Shown here: positions 13,504 to 26,131 of the stretch, piece by piece | Layout: every line of letters starts with the position of its first letter | How positions within the stretch are numbered: the stretch's first letter is position 1 | Origin: Raja brachyura | Taxonomy: Eukaryota | Length of the DNA stretch: 64,000 bases | Assembly (NCBI GenBank): GCA_963514005.1 | Contig: OY740810.1 | Span: forward strand, 15,562,001-15,626,000 | Direction of reading: 5' to 3' | Notes under the pieces: generated by a model | Database searches by the model: none | Seen by the model: the letters and a program-made list of their open reading frames with translations, nothing else | What the model was told of the DNA's origin: nothing | Program-made: the position numbers and the translations under genes

Positions 13504-16500
13504 TATTATAACAATCATGACAGACACTGGTTTTCAGTAAAGTGGCCGGTCCCACTCACACAAAGTGAATGAATTGCCAAGGCTAAAACGTTTATGTCCA
13601 GATGTGACTTGCGTACCATTAATGGGGGAAAATTATATTTTGCATTAAATGTGGCCTCGCTCCCCATGTCAATTACAATAAAATTGTTCTTGTCATCTAT
13701 ATATCCACATCAGACTCTCTGACAGATAAGGTGTTTGTGGCACAGGTTTGGTCCAACAATGAACCAGAGATCCAGTGATAAAAGACACGTCTAAAGTCAT
13801 GAAGCTAATTGTTTTACAAAGTGTAGTGAAGACTGCCAGTATTTACCTCGTCTCCCCTCCACCTCCATATAAAGTGTACTGATGCAAGAGGTCAATTAAC
13901 ATTTACCTGAATAAGATAGGTGATTGTTCAATAATGATTTGAGGGAAATGGAGTGGAGGTGGGTGCATGATTGAGATTAGACCAGTTCTGATAGAACGGT
14001 TGACCAGGACAAGTGATTGATTGGTCCCTGTACCTTTCTTCCCATTTCTATTGACATTTGCTGTTTTATTATATTTGAACCTACTCAATACATTTGACAT
14101 GAACTGATGTTTACAAATGAAAACAGTAGTATTATGTTTATATTTGTAGTTCTGCTGCAGGTAAGAATTTAATTGTTCTGATTCGGGGCATATGACAATT
14201 AAACACTCTTACCTCTTGATTGAATTACTAAACTGAGAAGTAGGCAACTTATGAAAAATGTATATTAAAGCCATGGAATTGTACAGTGCGGAATCCCTTT
14301 GGCCCACTGAGTCCATGCTAACTATCAATCACCTATTTACACTAATCCTATATTCTCATTTTCTTTAGTCTTCCCACCTTTTTAGCAATTCCGAGGTTCT
14401 ACCACTCATCTGCAGGCTAAGTTCAATTTACAGCCAATTAACCTTCCTTCCAACCCGCACATCTTTGGGATATGGGAAGAAACCAGAGCACGCAGGCTAT
14501 CCAATTGGTAACAGGGAGAACGCGCAGACTCCACATCAACAGCACCCGAAGTCAGCATTTGATCATGCTCTCTGGCACTGAGAGCTGGTGGCTTCTCCAG
14601 TTGAACTGCTTTGCATTGATGTTATTTTCTTATTTTCTTTTATCATGACATTGCTATTCGGCCCCTCCAGTCAAAGCTGGCTCAATCCAATCCAATTTCC
14701 CCCAATCGTTTCAACAGCTCATGCCCATCAACATCCCATCCCATTCTGATTCTCCGACTGCCCACCTACACTTAGATTAATTGGTTAACTGGTAGTGAAT
14801 AGTGTAGGCATTCACTGAGAGCAGGCTGACTGGGAGCAATGGAAAAATATGAGCAGAAAAGGTGGAGCTGGGCAGAGGTTGCTGCAGTCAAAGGTAACAC
14901 GAGATTGATAGCCAGACGAAGAGGAGCAAAGTGAGGCAAAGAACGAAGGTGCAAAATTGTTCTGTGCTGGAGACATTCTCACCGTCTTCAAAAATACCAT
15001 ACAATCCTGTCGAATCATTTGTCTTGGCCAGGATCTGTGTATTGATATCTATCCAAAATACAGTTATCCTGTGATGTGTCTGCCTTGGTGCATGTATCAC
15101 TGCAGTTCTCATGAAGTTAAAGGAAGCGCTTGTAACGGTAAAGCAGGATGTTTATAGATTACATTGGGAAGAGCAAGCTCGGTGTTTCCTGTATCTGTGT
15201 CGTTGGATGTTTAGATCTAAAGGAGTGGCTCCAAATTTTGGCTGTTTTTTATACGTAGTCATTTATGTCCTACTAGTTATAATTAGCTACAAAGGTGGCA
15301 AGTGATGAACCTGAGAGAAGATTGGGAAACTGAAATTGCCTCACTAAACCACTTTGGTTCACTTTGAGGCTCTGCGTCAAATTCTCTTTCATAATGCTCC
15401 TATACTGGACTATTTTTGCCACAAATTTGCTGTAGTACAGTAATCCCTTTTAACAAACCCCTTTATAGCAGATTTTGGTTATAGTGGATGGACCTGCCGA
15501 CACCAGCCAAGCTCGCATGGCCTTCCCAGCCCCGGCTTCTAACTCGCAAGGTGCACCAGCAAGCTCTCTTCACCAACCCCCCTGGTCCAGTTCACGCGGC
15601 TGTTATTGTGGCTCACATTGGAGCTCTTGGGGACAGCTCTTTCTTCAGGACACTCACCAGCTGTTGCTTCTTCCTGTGGGTCCAGTCGCTTTGTCTGCTC
15701 CCGTTCAACTGCCTCCTGCTACTGTCTGCCTGTCACTTTGTCCGCTCCACTGCTGCATCCTCCTACTCCTTCCCCCATCACTCTGTCCACTTAGCCTCTC
15801 ATTTCCCCCTCCACCACTACCATCTCCTCCTCCTTCTCCAGAGTCGCTGACATACTCTGCCTTGGGAAGACGGAGGGGTTGGGGCAACGGCGGTTGGTGG
15901 GAGGGGCAGGGGCCCTCATAGTGGCCGGATGCATCTTGTAGTTGGTGGCGGACTGAGAGGGGGATGTTGGTGTTTGAGTAACAGAAATTCACTTTTTGGC
16001 AATGCACAAATTGGAATTATCCCAACGTTTAAGAAACAGACTGGTACATGAATAGGACAGGTTTGGAGGGATATGGGCGAAGCGCAGGCAGGTGGGACTA
16101 GTGTAGCGGGGACATGTTGGCCAGTGTGGGCAAGTTGGGCCCAAGGGCCATTTTCCACACTCTCACTTTACGACTCTATGACTAGAAGATTGACAGATTC
16201 TTGATTAGTAAGAGTGTTGGGTTCTGGGGAGAAGGCATGAGAATGGGGTTGAGAGGGAAAGATAGATTGAATGATTCAAGCCATGATTGAATAGTGATGG
16301 CCTAATTCTGCTGGGAGAACTTATGAACTTGTGAATAAAGACCAAATAGCATTTGTCTTCCTCACGGCTTTTTGTAACTACATGCTCACTTGTGAATGAG
16401 CACTTCAAGATCGCTGTGAACATCATTTATTGGAAAAAATACTTTGTGAGTTAAATGCTCATCCAGTTTTCCACTGTGAGAGTGGTGGGTGTCATAAAGC

Positions 16501-19460
16501 TGTCAACCGATGAGAATGGGTGGATGTCCAGTACTTTGATAGTGTGGCAATAAAGAAATAGCTAATATTGGCCCAATTCAAGAAAGTGTGCAACAGGGCA
16601 GAGGGGGTAGAATTCCCATGGAGGGGTTGTGGTATTCCCATTGGACGGGGGGGGGGGGGGGGGGGAGTGGGAGCGAGAGAGGGGTGGTAGCATTCCCATG
16701 GACGGTGATAGCATTCCTCTGTTCCATGGAGGGGCAGTCCAAACACTCTGTGCACTGATTCTGCTAGATATTGGTGTGTTTCCAGGGGAAGCCTTGATGA
16801 CTCGAGTGCATCCTTCAGTACAGCTTGAATGTGCTGCTGGAGGATGTGCTGAACAAGCTATGTACCAGTCTAGCAGACAATTACACCACAGTAAACTACT
16901 TGAACTCAGCAGCTGTCTCCATCCAAGCAGATGAAGACTTTTCCATCAATTGTGCCGTATTGGAATGTGATTATTTATAATCGCATACATTCATTTATAA
17001 GGTGAATTCCCAATGTACCTCATTGCAACCCTTGCATTTTTTAATCTGCACTTTCACTGCAACAGTGCCACTATATTCCACACTCTGTTTATTTTCTTTG
17101 TTGTACTACTTTTTGCACTCGTGTATTTTTTAACTTGCTTGGCCAGGCCAGGTTTTTAAAATCAAAGATAGACGCTAAAAGCTGGAGTAACTCAGTGGGA
17201 CAGGCAGCATATCTGGAGAGAAGGAATGGGTGATGTAATGGTTCGAGACCAGGGTGGCCTGGTTCCTATTGGTATTTTCTTGGTTAGCTTGCATAAATTA
17301 ATATTTAATTGACTTAGTAACACAAATTCTGTGTCACATTAACCAAGGCTACCTCAGCAAACAAAAAGGCACAAAGTGCTGGAGTAACTCAGCAGGAAGC
17401 TGCATGACCCGCATTTAATCCAGCACTTTTTGTAAACAAGTATCTGTGTTTTCTTGTGACTACCTCAGCATAGATATGGAAATGGCCTTTTGGTTTGCCG
17501 GTGCACGTTGGTGTTTTGCGCCATCATCTTAATGATAACCGTTCACTGAGGCAGCCATGGGAATATGGCTGCCTCAGACCATGTCCACAGTGCTGTCGTG
17601 TCCAGTTGAAAAAACTGAGTTATGAAAATGTAGCTTCAGCCACATGCCATCAGGTGTGAAGGTTAGTCTCTTGGGCTCATGACCAAATGCAGAATTCAGC
17701 ATTGTTGAGATAAACAATGTAAAATGTAAGCGATTGTGTCCCCTCCAATGCACTCAGAAACTAACAGGTCGGGAGATCCCCTCAAATTCTTTATCTGCAC
17801 TTTCTTGCGTAGAATATTTAGATCATCTTAAAGGATTTTACTTTAGATTCTGATTCTCAAAGGATATTTTGTGGGGACACATCACGATGCAGTCTTAAAG
17901 TTACGTTGACCTTCACTGGTCTAAAGCCAGCAAGGGAGTGACAGCTGGGCTGGTACGAGGCTGTGTGCCCAACCAGGTTTTTACTGTCTGTTCGATGGGC
18001 TCCATTTTGTTTCAGTACCTGAGCCCTACCTCCCTTCACAAAATGAAGGCAATGTGTCTCAAACCAGTTTCAGCCGGCTGTTGCCATGGGTTCCACTGGG
18101 GCAATCAGGTGACACGGAAGGGAAATGCCTAAGTCACATGACAACCTTATACTCTCTCTTTCTCTCTCTCTGCCAATTAACATACAGGAAGTTTGTTCCC
18201 AGTCACTTAAATGCATGGATGCTGCCTGCTAGTTGATGGGTGGTGACAGCTCTGCCTTATTGATCGTCCTAAGCTGGGTCTATAGCAGTGCAGAGGGAGC
18301 ATCAGAGAGATGCCACAATATTCACCAGTTCTGTGAACACACTTAGCTGCAGATTTATGACTATGATGATTGATGATACTCATGAGTAGTGGAAAAGTGC
18401 CTGGCCCAGAGTTTAACTTCCAACTCAAGTAATTTCTTCTTTTTAAGAAATGAATAAAAGCTCCCCAGTTTGGAGAATGCCATGTACATGGTTTGCAATG
18501 AAGCGTAATGAGAAAGATGAAATGTATAGGAAGGAACTGCAGATGCTGGTTTAAACCGAAGATTAGATGGTCTGAAGAAGGGTCTCGACCCGAAACGTCA
18601 CCCATTCCTTCTTGCCAGAGATGCTGCCTGTCTCGCTGAGTTACTCCAGCTTTTGGGTCTATCAATGAGAAAGACGGGGTGGCAGGCAGTCAGTTCTCTG
18701 TTCCCCAGTGATCTCAGACTGGGCTGCTGCTGCCTCTCTGAGTAAGAAGAGATTTGCACAGTTCTCAAACTGTATATTCAACTGGAAGTGAAACAAAGCA
18801 AGAACAAAAATTATCTGATTTGGTGGCCCCACATTGCTCACCACCTCCTCTCAGCCCCGTCTTCCATATCCACATTCCAACTCGATAAACTTGGCTGTAC
18901 AACCCTTCTCTGGCCCCTTGGCTCGCATCCCTCCTCCCCAGCCCCTCGCCCTCAACCCCAACTCTCCCACTCACACTCCCTCTGGCCCTCACAATCTCCC
19001 TCCTAGCCCTCAAACACCCTCCCTCCAACTCTCCCACTCCCTCCTAGCCCTCAAACCCCCCACCACCTTTATAACTGCCTGGACCTCACCCACCCTTCCT
19101 ATTCCCTTTTGAACCTTCCCCGCACACTCCTGATACCCTCTGTGCACACACCCCAGCCCCCCGTCTATCTCCCCCCCCCCCCCCCCTTGGCCTTCACTCC
19201 CCGTCCCCCTTCCATCCTCACAATACTCAGCCTTGTACCTCCATTATCCCTCTGGATTTTGCCACCACCCACCCCCTCTGGGATCACCTGAGGTGCTGTG
19301 TTATATTTGAGAGGTGTTCTTGTGTGGGTTAAATGGAGTAATTGTCCAAGGATGGGTTTAAATGGATTCTCGCACTCTAGATGGATGAAATTTGTAAACA
19401 TTGCCGGCCTTACCCAAAGCCCTGTGTGCCCTGTTCAACCTGTAGTCCCCTCTCTTTCAG

Positions 19461-19587
19461 TGAAATGAAGAAGGGAAAGCGGCCCCTATCTCCGGACATC
19501 ATTGTCCTCTCCGACAACGAACCCTCAAGTCCCAGGCTGAACGGGCTCTCGAAGGAACTAAGAAGTGCAAACACGGATGATATTATG
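19461..19587 (+). CDS. GATAD2A: GATAD2A coding exon 2
   Basis: Acceptor tctctttcag; EMKKGKRPLSPDIIVLSDNEPSSPRLNGLSKELRSANTDDIM (human [24 protein letters not shown]); donor gtgagg. Phase matches the previous exon. Confidence 0.95.
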
Positions 19588-21206
19588 GTGAGGCAGTGCG
19601 TCACTCGTCAGACCAGCAGCTTCAGAATATTTTTTTATTGATGCAAGTGTAACATTTACCTTCAAAGTACTGATTGCATGCTGGGGAAATGAGATTGCTT
19701 TTTCAAAGGGCAGGCACAAATGATACCCTTCATCAGATTGGTCCATTTGAAAATAGTGTAGGAAGGAAGGAACTGCAGGTGCTGGTTTCAATCGAAGATA
19801 GACATAATTTTTCTCCTTCCTGCTTCCCATTTGGGATTTTATGTAATCTCACTGCCTATCCCTGAACGAATTTGGGGAATTCTGGACAGTTTTCCTTTGG
19901 CACCTATTGGGTTTTGTAGCAAATCTGAACTCAGTGTTTAAGTGTTGATGGACCATTTATTTGCAGGTCTGATCTGATCTAAATCAAGTTGCTGTTATTT
20001 GTGTCAGCTTCCTTCGTTCGAGACGGTGTGAAAACTGTTTCTCCCCTGCTGTTGCTGACTGGACACAGAAAGCATGCACCTGTGTACCCTAATAGCCTGG
20101 AAGGTAGTGGATTTTTCCTCTTGGAAATGACGTAATGGGGTCTGACACCTGTGAAGCTGAACCTTCCTTTGCACCCTCTTCCCTCCCTCCTGCGAATTAA
20201 GAATGTCTGTACTGAGTTTGTACGTTCTCTATGACTGCGTGGGTTTTCTCCGGGTGCTTCCGTTCCCTCCCCACACTCCAAAGATGTACAGATTTGTAGG
20301 TTAATTGGCTTCTATAAATTGTAAATTGTCCCTAGTGTGTAGGATAATGCTCGTGTACGGGATGACCGCGGTAGAAGCTAACTCTGGCCGAAGGGCCTGT
20401 TTCCATGCTGTATCTCTCTAATATGGGCGATGTCCTGTCTCTGTAATGGTTGCTGGAAGGAACTTTTGATCAGAAGCCGGATACAGGTGCAGTCTGAAGA
20501 GAGAGAGAGAGTGATGCAGTGCTGAGCACGCAATTCAATATCCCACATTGTTAATCTTGAGTTAAGAGTTCCAATCTCAACACATTTAATTTAAATTATA
20601 TAAATTAAATATATCTGACATTGTACAAAGTTGATGTCCATGAGTCTGAAAAAGGCTCCCAACCTGAATCGTCACCTATCCGTATTCTCCAGAGATGCTG
20701 CCTGACCAACTGAGTTCCTACAGCACCTTGTGTCCTCTTTTTATGATGTCCATGAGGGTGAGCATGAAGCTCTGCTGATTCTAGACCGCCAACAATGTCA
20801 TTATTGATGAACTATTCCCTGAAAGGCCCTTAAATGGCACTAAATGCTGATCAACACCAACAACTCCCAAACAAAGGCTTTGGATTTTATTCCAGATATC
20901 TATTAAATAAATTGTATTCCACAAAATGGATTTAAGAGATGTAACAGTTCATGCTAGAGTTTCTAACCTGTGTGAAAAATTAAGCAAGATTTCTGCTTCC
21001 TGTTACTGGTGAACCTTGTGGTGTGAGTATTGTGCTCTGTGATGCTCAATCTCAATGTGGAGTGGGAAATGATGTTGAATTTTTTGGCTTGCATTGACGA
21101 ATGGGATTTTTAGCAGACTGGCTAGTTCCTGTGAAACCTTCAGATAAGCAGGGTATTGGAAAATTGGCGCGGATGTATTTCAGTAATATTGGTTCTTTCC
21201 TTTTAG

Positions 21207-21419
<213 letters not shown>

Positions 21420-22029
21420 TAAACCATAACAAAACACAAACACCTAGAAAGACATAAATGCTGAGAGGTGCATTTCCTTAGTAAAGATGTACACAGCATT
21501 CAGGAACATAGAGCTTGCTGCTCAGGCAAGTTGTTCAGATGCTTTCAAAGGAAACAAGGTAAGTAGTACATGACAAAGGACAGTAGAAAGCTAGTGAAAA
21601 TCCATCCATGGCAGATAGATTGGGAGGAAATTCATGGCCTGCAACATCAGCTCAGGCTGATTAGTCTGAAGGGTCTCCTGTACAGAATTCATGTCGGATC
21701 ACGGTGAGACCACCCCCTGCTCCTGTATTTAAGCAGTGGTATTGTCCCTCCATTTTGCATCGTTATTGACAGTTGATTTTGAAATTATTTTCTAGAATCT
21801 AAAATTAGTCGCTTGCTTCGATTCTGATCTGTAATGCCAGCCCTCTTGTTAATAAGCACGTTTTCTAATGTTCTTGAAAAAATTCTGGATGGTTTACAAT
21901 TTAAAGTGATTTCAGACACATTTCTGTGATGCTTACTGCCAGTAAAACCTCTGCTGGATCAAAATTTGGAATTGACTATTGCACGTAAGGATGCGGTCAG
22001 ATCTTGTGAACCTTTATTTTGATGTGATT

Positions 22030-22048
22030 AACTGCCCTCTGGTGGCAC
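22030..22048 (-). promoter_or_regulatory. Candidate CTCF binding site
   Basis: Reverse complement GTGCCACCAGAGGGCAGT closely matches the CTCF core consensus and lies in repeat-poor intronic sequence. Confidence 0.5.
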
Positions 22049-23790
22049 AGTTATGTAGCTCAGCCATTTTGTACCAATCAGGTCAGCACACTATCATTGT
22101 ACTGTGGAATGTGGTCATGTTGGCCCCTTCACTCTGTCCTGCTGTTCAAATCACAACTGCCCCTCAGCTGTATTTGCCTGCCCCGATTCTGTAATCTTTG
22201 CTTAAATAGAGTTAAACCAATCAAAAATCATTTGTTTTAAAAATGGAGAAGGCATACCTTTGTTGCCTCATTCACAGTAAAATGTGGCCATTCACACAGA
22301 TGTGAATGTTAGCTGTTTTTATCTGGGATGATGTTTGAATGGGGGGATATTGCAGTTGGCCTTGGTAATCATAAACTTGGGGAGGGGGAAACGCTTCCCA
22401 AGTTGTCAGCATTGTGCCCTCTTCAATGCAACATACTTCAAAAAACTCAGAAATGTTGGGAAAATTGGAGGGCAGCAATGGCCTTGGTTGTAGCACTGCA
22501 TAGCATGGAAATACTAATTGTGTTACAAAGAATGGCTGCTGCATGTGCCGTCCTCTATTCTTGGTCCCCCAGCAGGAGATATGCAGTGGAGGGAGAAAGT
22601 AATGAGGGGGACCCCTGAAATCTTAGCAGAAGCTTGAATGTTGTCAATTTTATGATGGAGTGCTTGGTGTAAAAGCCCAGAGGTTGGCTGCCTATTTAAA
22701 TGATTTTAAGTTGTCCATTTGTTTTCTTGCACTGCCGGCTACTGCCTTATGAACCTTCCCCAGACTTGCTCAAGCTCCATATGAAACGTTTGAAGAGGTA
22801 TCTGGTTCTAAACACCAGCCTTTTAAATCAATTTAATGGCCTTGTTAATGTGAAAGATGCTTGGCATGAATTATGCAATTAGTACAAAAATTCTAACTTT
22901 TTAGCTAGTTTTTCCATGAATACTGCTTCCCTTTGTAATCTTAAGGCAGAGTGCTCCTTTGTCATGTAAATGTCTAATGTGGAATGAATTCTGCAAGCAA
23001 TTCTGCAAAACAGTTCTCTGTTCAGCTCCAAGGTGAGGAGAATTACAACATATTGATGGAGGTGATCAAGTGAAGGAGGAACAACTTGGTTCATTATTAT
23101 TTTCATGGGAACTTTGTTCGATTGAGAAATCCGCCACTCCGTCCTGATTTTGCTATTTTATTGTCAGATGAATGTAGGATGTAGCGTCTGTAAGTGGCAT
23201 GACCTTTGAAGTCTTTTGTGCCCACCTACACCATGTATGAAGGTGGTGTGGGGGCGTGATAGTAGAATTGTTAATCAGTTCAGTGTATTGGCGATATGGT
23301 CACGAGTTTCTCTTTTTTCCAAAATAAAAGAAAATGATCAAGGGTAAAAATTATTGAAGAAAAGAGAGCACAAAGATGATTTAATGGCAAAGAATTTGTT
23401 CTTGGAGAAAGATCTCAGATTCGGAAAGTAAGTGGATTACCAACTAAGTCGGGCAAAGCAGATGTGTCCTCTCCATTTTGAGTCCTGGTTGAGGTGCTGC
23501 TTAGCAGATCTCTTGTAGTTGTTTGCACAGCCTTGCATGTTCCCCACCTTTCTCTGGTTCAGTATATGGTGGCTGAAAGGAAAATGGGTGAACAAATGTA
23601 ACTCCACGATTTTAAAATCTGTAGATTGTGTGTGGGACAGTGAGCAGGATTGCTGTTCTTTCACCTTGGTGCCTGAGTTTGAATCGGGTCTCTGCATAAA
23701 GAAACTCTCAACAGTTCTCAGATATGGTTCAGACTTGAGACTGTTGGGTGTCAGTGCAAGGAACCATAAAGATGGTATGACGCGGCGAAG

Positions 23791-24850
23791 ATAGAATCAT
23801 AGAAAATAGACGCAGGAGTAGGCCATTCGGCCCTTCGAGCCTGCACCTCCATTCAATATGATCATGGCTGACCATCCAACTCAGTATCCCGTACCTGCCT
23901 TCTCTCCATACCCCCTGATCACTTTAGCCACAAGGGCCACATCTAACTCCCTCTTAAATATAGCCCATGAACTGGCCTCAACTACCTTCTGTGGCAGAGA
24001 ATTCCACAGACTCACCACTCTCTGTGTGAAAAATGATCACCTCATCTCGGTCCTAAAAGACTTCCCCCTTATCCTTAAACTGTGACCCCTTGTTCTGGAG
24101 TTCCCCAACTTCGGGAACAATCTTCCTGCATCTAGCCTGTCTAACCCCTTAAGAATTTCGTAAGTCTCTATAAGATCCCCCCTCAATCTCCTAAATTCCA
24201 GCGAGTACAAGCCGAGTCTATCCAGTCTTTCTTCATATGGAAGTCCTGCCATCCCAGGAATCAGTCTGGTGAACCTTCTCTGTACTCCCTCTATGGCAAG
24301 AATGTCTTTCCTCAGATTAGGAGACCAAAACTGTACGCAATACTCCAGGTGTGGCCTCACCAAGACCCTGTACAACTGCAGTAGAACCTCCCTGCTCTTG
24401 TACTCAAATCCTTTTGCTATGAATGCCAACATACCATTCACCTTCTTCACAGCCTGCTGCACCTGCATGCCTACTTTCAATGACTGGTGTACCATGACAC
24501 CCAGGTCTCGTTGCATCTCCCCTTTTCCTAATCGGCCACCATTCAGATAATAGTCTACCCTCCTGTTTTTGCCGCCAAAGTGGATAACCTCACATTTATC
24601 CACATTATACAGCATCTGCCATGCATTTGCCCACTCACCCAACCTATCCAAGTCACCTTGCAGCCTCCTCACACCTAACACTGCCCCTCAGCTTAGTGTC
24701 ATCCGCAAACTTGGAGATGTTGCATTCAATTCCCTCATCCAGATCATTAATATATATTGTAAATAGCTGGGGTCCCAGCACTGAGCCTTGCGGTACCCCA
24801 CTAGTCACTGCCTGCCATTCTGAAAATGACCCGTTTACTCCTACTCTTTG
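23791..24850 (-). mobile_element. CR1-clade LINE (HER1-like), 5'-truncated, RT C-terminus plus 3' tail
   Basis: [37 protein letters not shown]...KFADDTKL, a frameshift, then LQGDLDRL...VRPHLEYCVQFWSP...RRLRGDLIE...TRGHSL; short-repeat tail near 23791-23810. Confidence 0.93.
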
Positions 24851-25055
24851 CGGGTAGATCCGAGGAGACAGAATAAAGGTTGCTGCGATTGGAAGATGGA
24901 TGCATTGCCTTTTCACAGCTGGCATGGCCTGATTGGCAGTCTTATTGGCTTGTGTGGTTTAAACAGAATATCTCTTCAAACGGGCAGTATTTTGCATTCC
25001 TTGTGTTCCTCAGCTTTCTCATGTGTGTTTGTGCTTTCTAATATTCTCTTCCCAG

Positions 25056-25145
25056 CCTGCTGTCTCGACAGGCACTGCCATGGCCACCCCACCCCCGCTG
25101 GTACGGGGAACGCTGCATGTTCCCACTGGCAAGCCCAACTTCCAG
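25056..25145 (+). CDS. GATAD2A: GATAD2A coding exon 4
   Basis: Acceptor cttcccag; PAVSTGTAMATPPPLVRGTLHVPTGKPNFQ (human TTPPPLVRGTQNIPAGKPSLQ); donor gtcagt; 90 nt. Not shown in this frame in the ORF track. Confidence 0.93.
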
Positions 25146-25406
25146 GTCAGTGTAGAACTCGGGCCTTGCCAGGTTTTGGGTTGAACATTGAAGGTGGCGG
25201 TTGGGTGGGGACGTGCTGTGAGAATACTGGAATCAAGGTAAACCCCTGCTGGCTGAAGGAGGTCAATGAGATAGCTGGGAGACAGGTTGACAGGACTTGG
25301 ATTACAGGGCCAAGCTCACGATGGTCCAAGTTCAGACACTGGCATTACCACAAAACCCCACTGCTGCTAGAGAAATCATGGTGACATTGCAAGGCTGTAA
25401 TTCCTT

Positions 25407-26073
25407 GCTGGAACAATAAAGTGGAAAGATGCATAATCATCAAAATCTGAAAACAGAATGGCAGCAATCATTAACCTTTCCTCCGTGTGTATTGTAACCC
25501 ACAGGCACAGTGTTATCATGGAATTTCATGCAATTCCAGTAAATTTGAGCAGTTTAGTGTATCGTGCAGTATTATGCTGCTCTTTTCTAATCTTGCATTG
25601 TACATTGAGAGTTATTTTAGCAATATCGTGGTGAGCGCAGATGGTAATCTGAAGTAGTGAATGCAGACTGTGGTACTGAATGCAGACTAACTAGGGAGGA
25701 TTATTTCAGGGGTAATATGGAAATTAGCTTTAGTGGCAACCATAGATGTCATTTCTAACTAATATTTGGGATAGAAGTGACTTTCCTCGAGGGTTGATCA
25801 GAGAATATTAGGATTTCTTCGGCCCTGAAAAATGGGGAAATGGAATACATCATGCGAATAAATGCAATGGTGGAACAATGGTAGAAATTACATCTAGGGT
25901 TGCCACTAAAGCTAATCACCCCCGAAAGAATTCACTGATTTTGTGTTCTAATTTCTGCAATTATGACTCACTAATCTAACTTCCGCAGGAGAAAACAGAT
26001 TAAAGTGGTGAAGTGCTGCCATTCTGTTTTCAGATTTTGATGATTATGCATCTTTCCACTTTATTGTTCCAGC
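25407..26073. repeat. Nested inverted repeats: perfect 60-bp outer arms and 35-bp inner arms
   Basis: 25407-25466 equals the reverse complement of 26014-26073. 25723-25757 matches the reverse complement of 25882-25916 with 2 mismatches. Confidence 0.9.
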
Positions 26074-26131
26074 TCGGCTCTGCCTGTCTTGCTGGGTTGG
26101 CTGGCAGCCCTCCACCTCCACCCCCCTCCCC

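Noticed and set aside
16647-16665. Long G/C homopolymers (also near 33958, 52619, 60243, 61285) as G-quadruplex elements
   Set aside because: Simple runs, often within repeats, with lengths prone to sequencing error; no further support.
24037-24681. 214-aa ORF as a host gene
   Set aside because: C-terminal part of a 5'-truncated, frameshifted CR1 ORF2.
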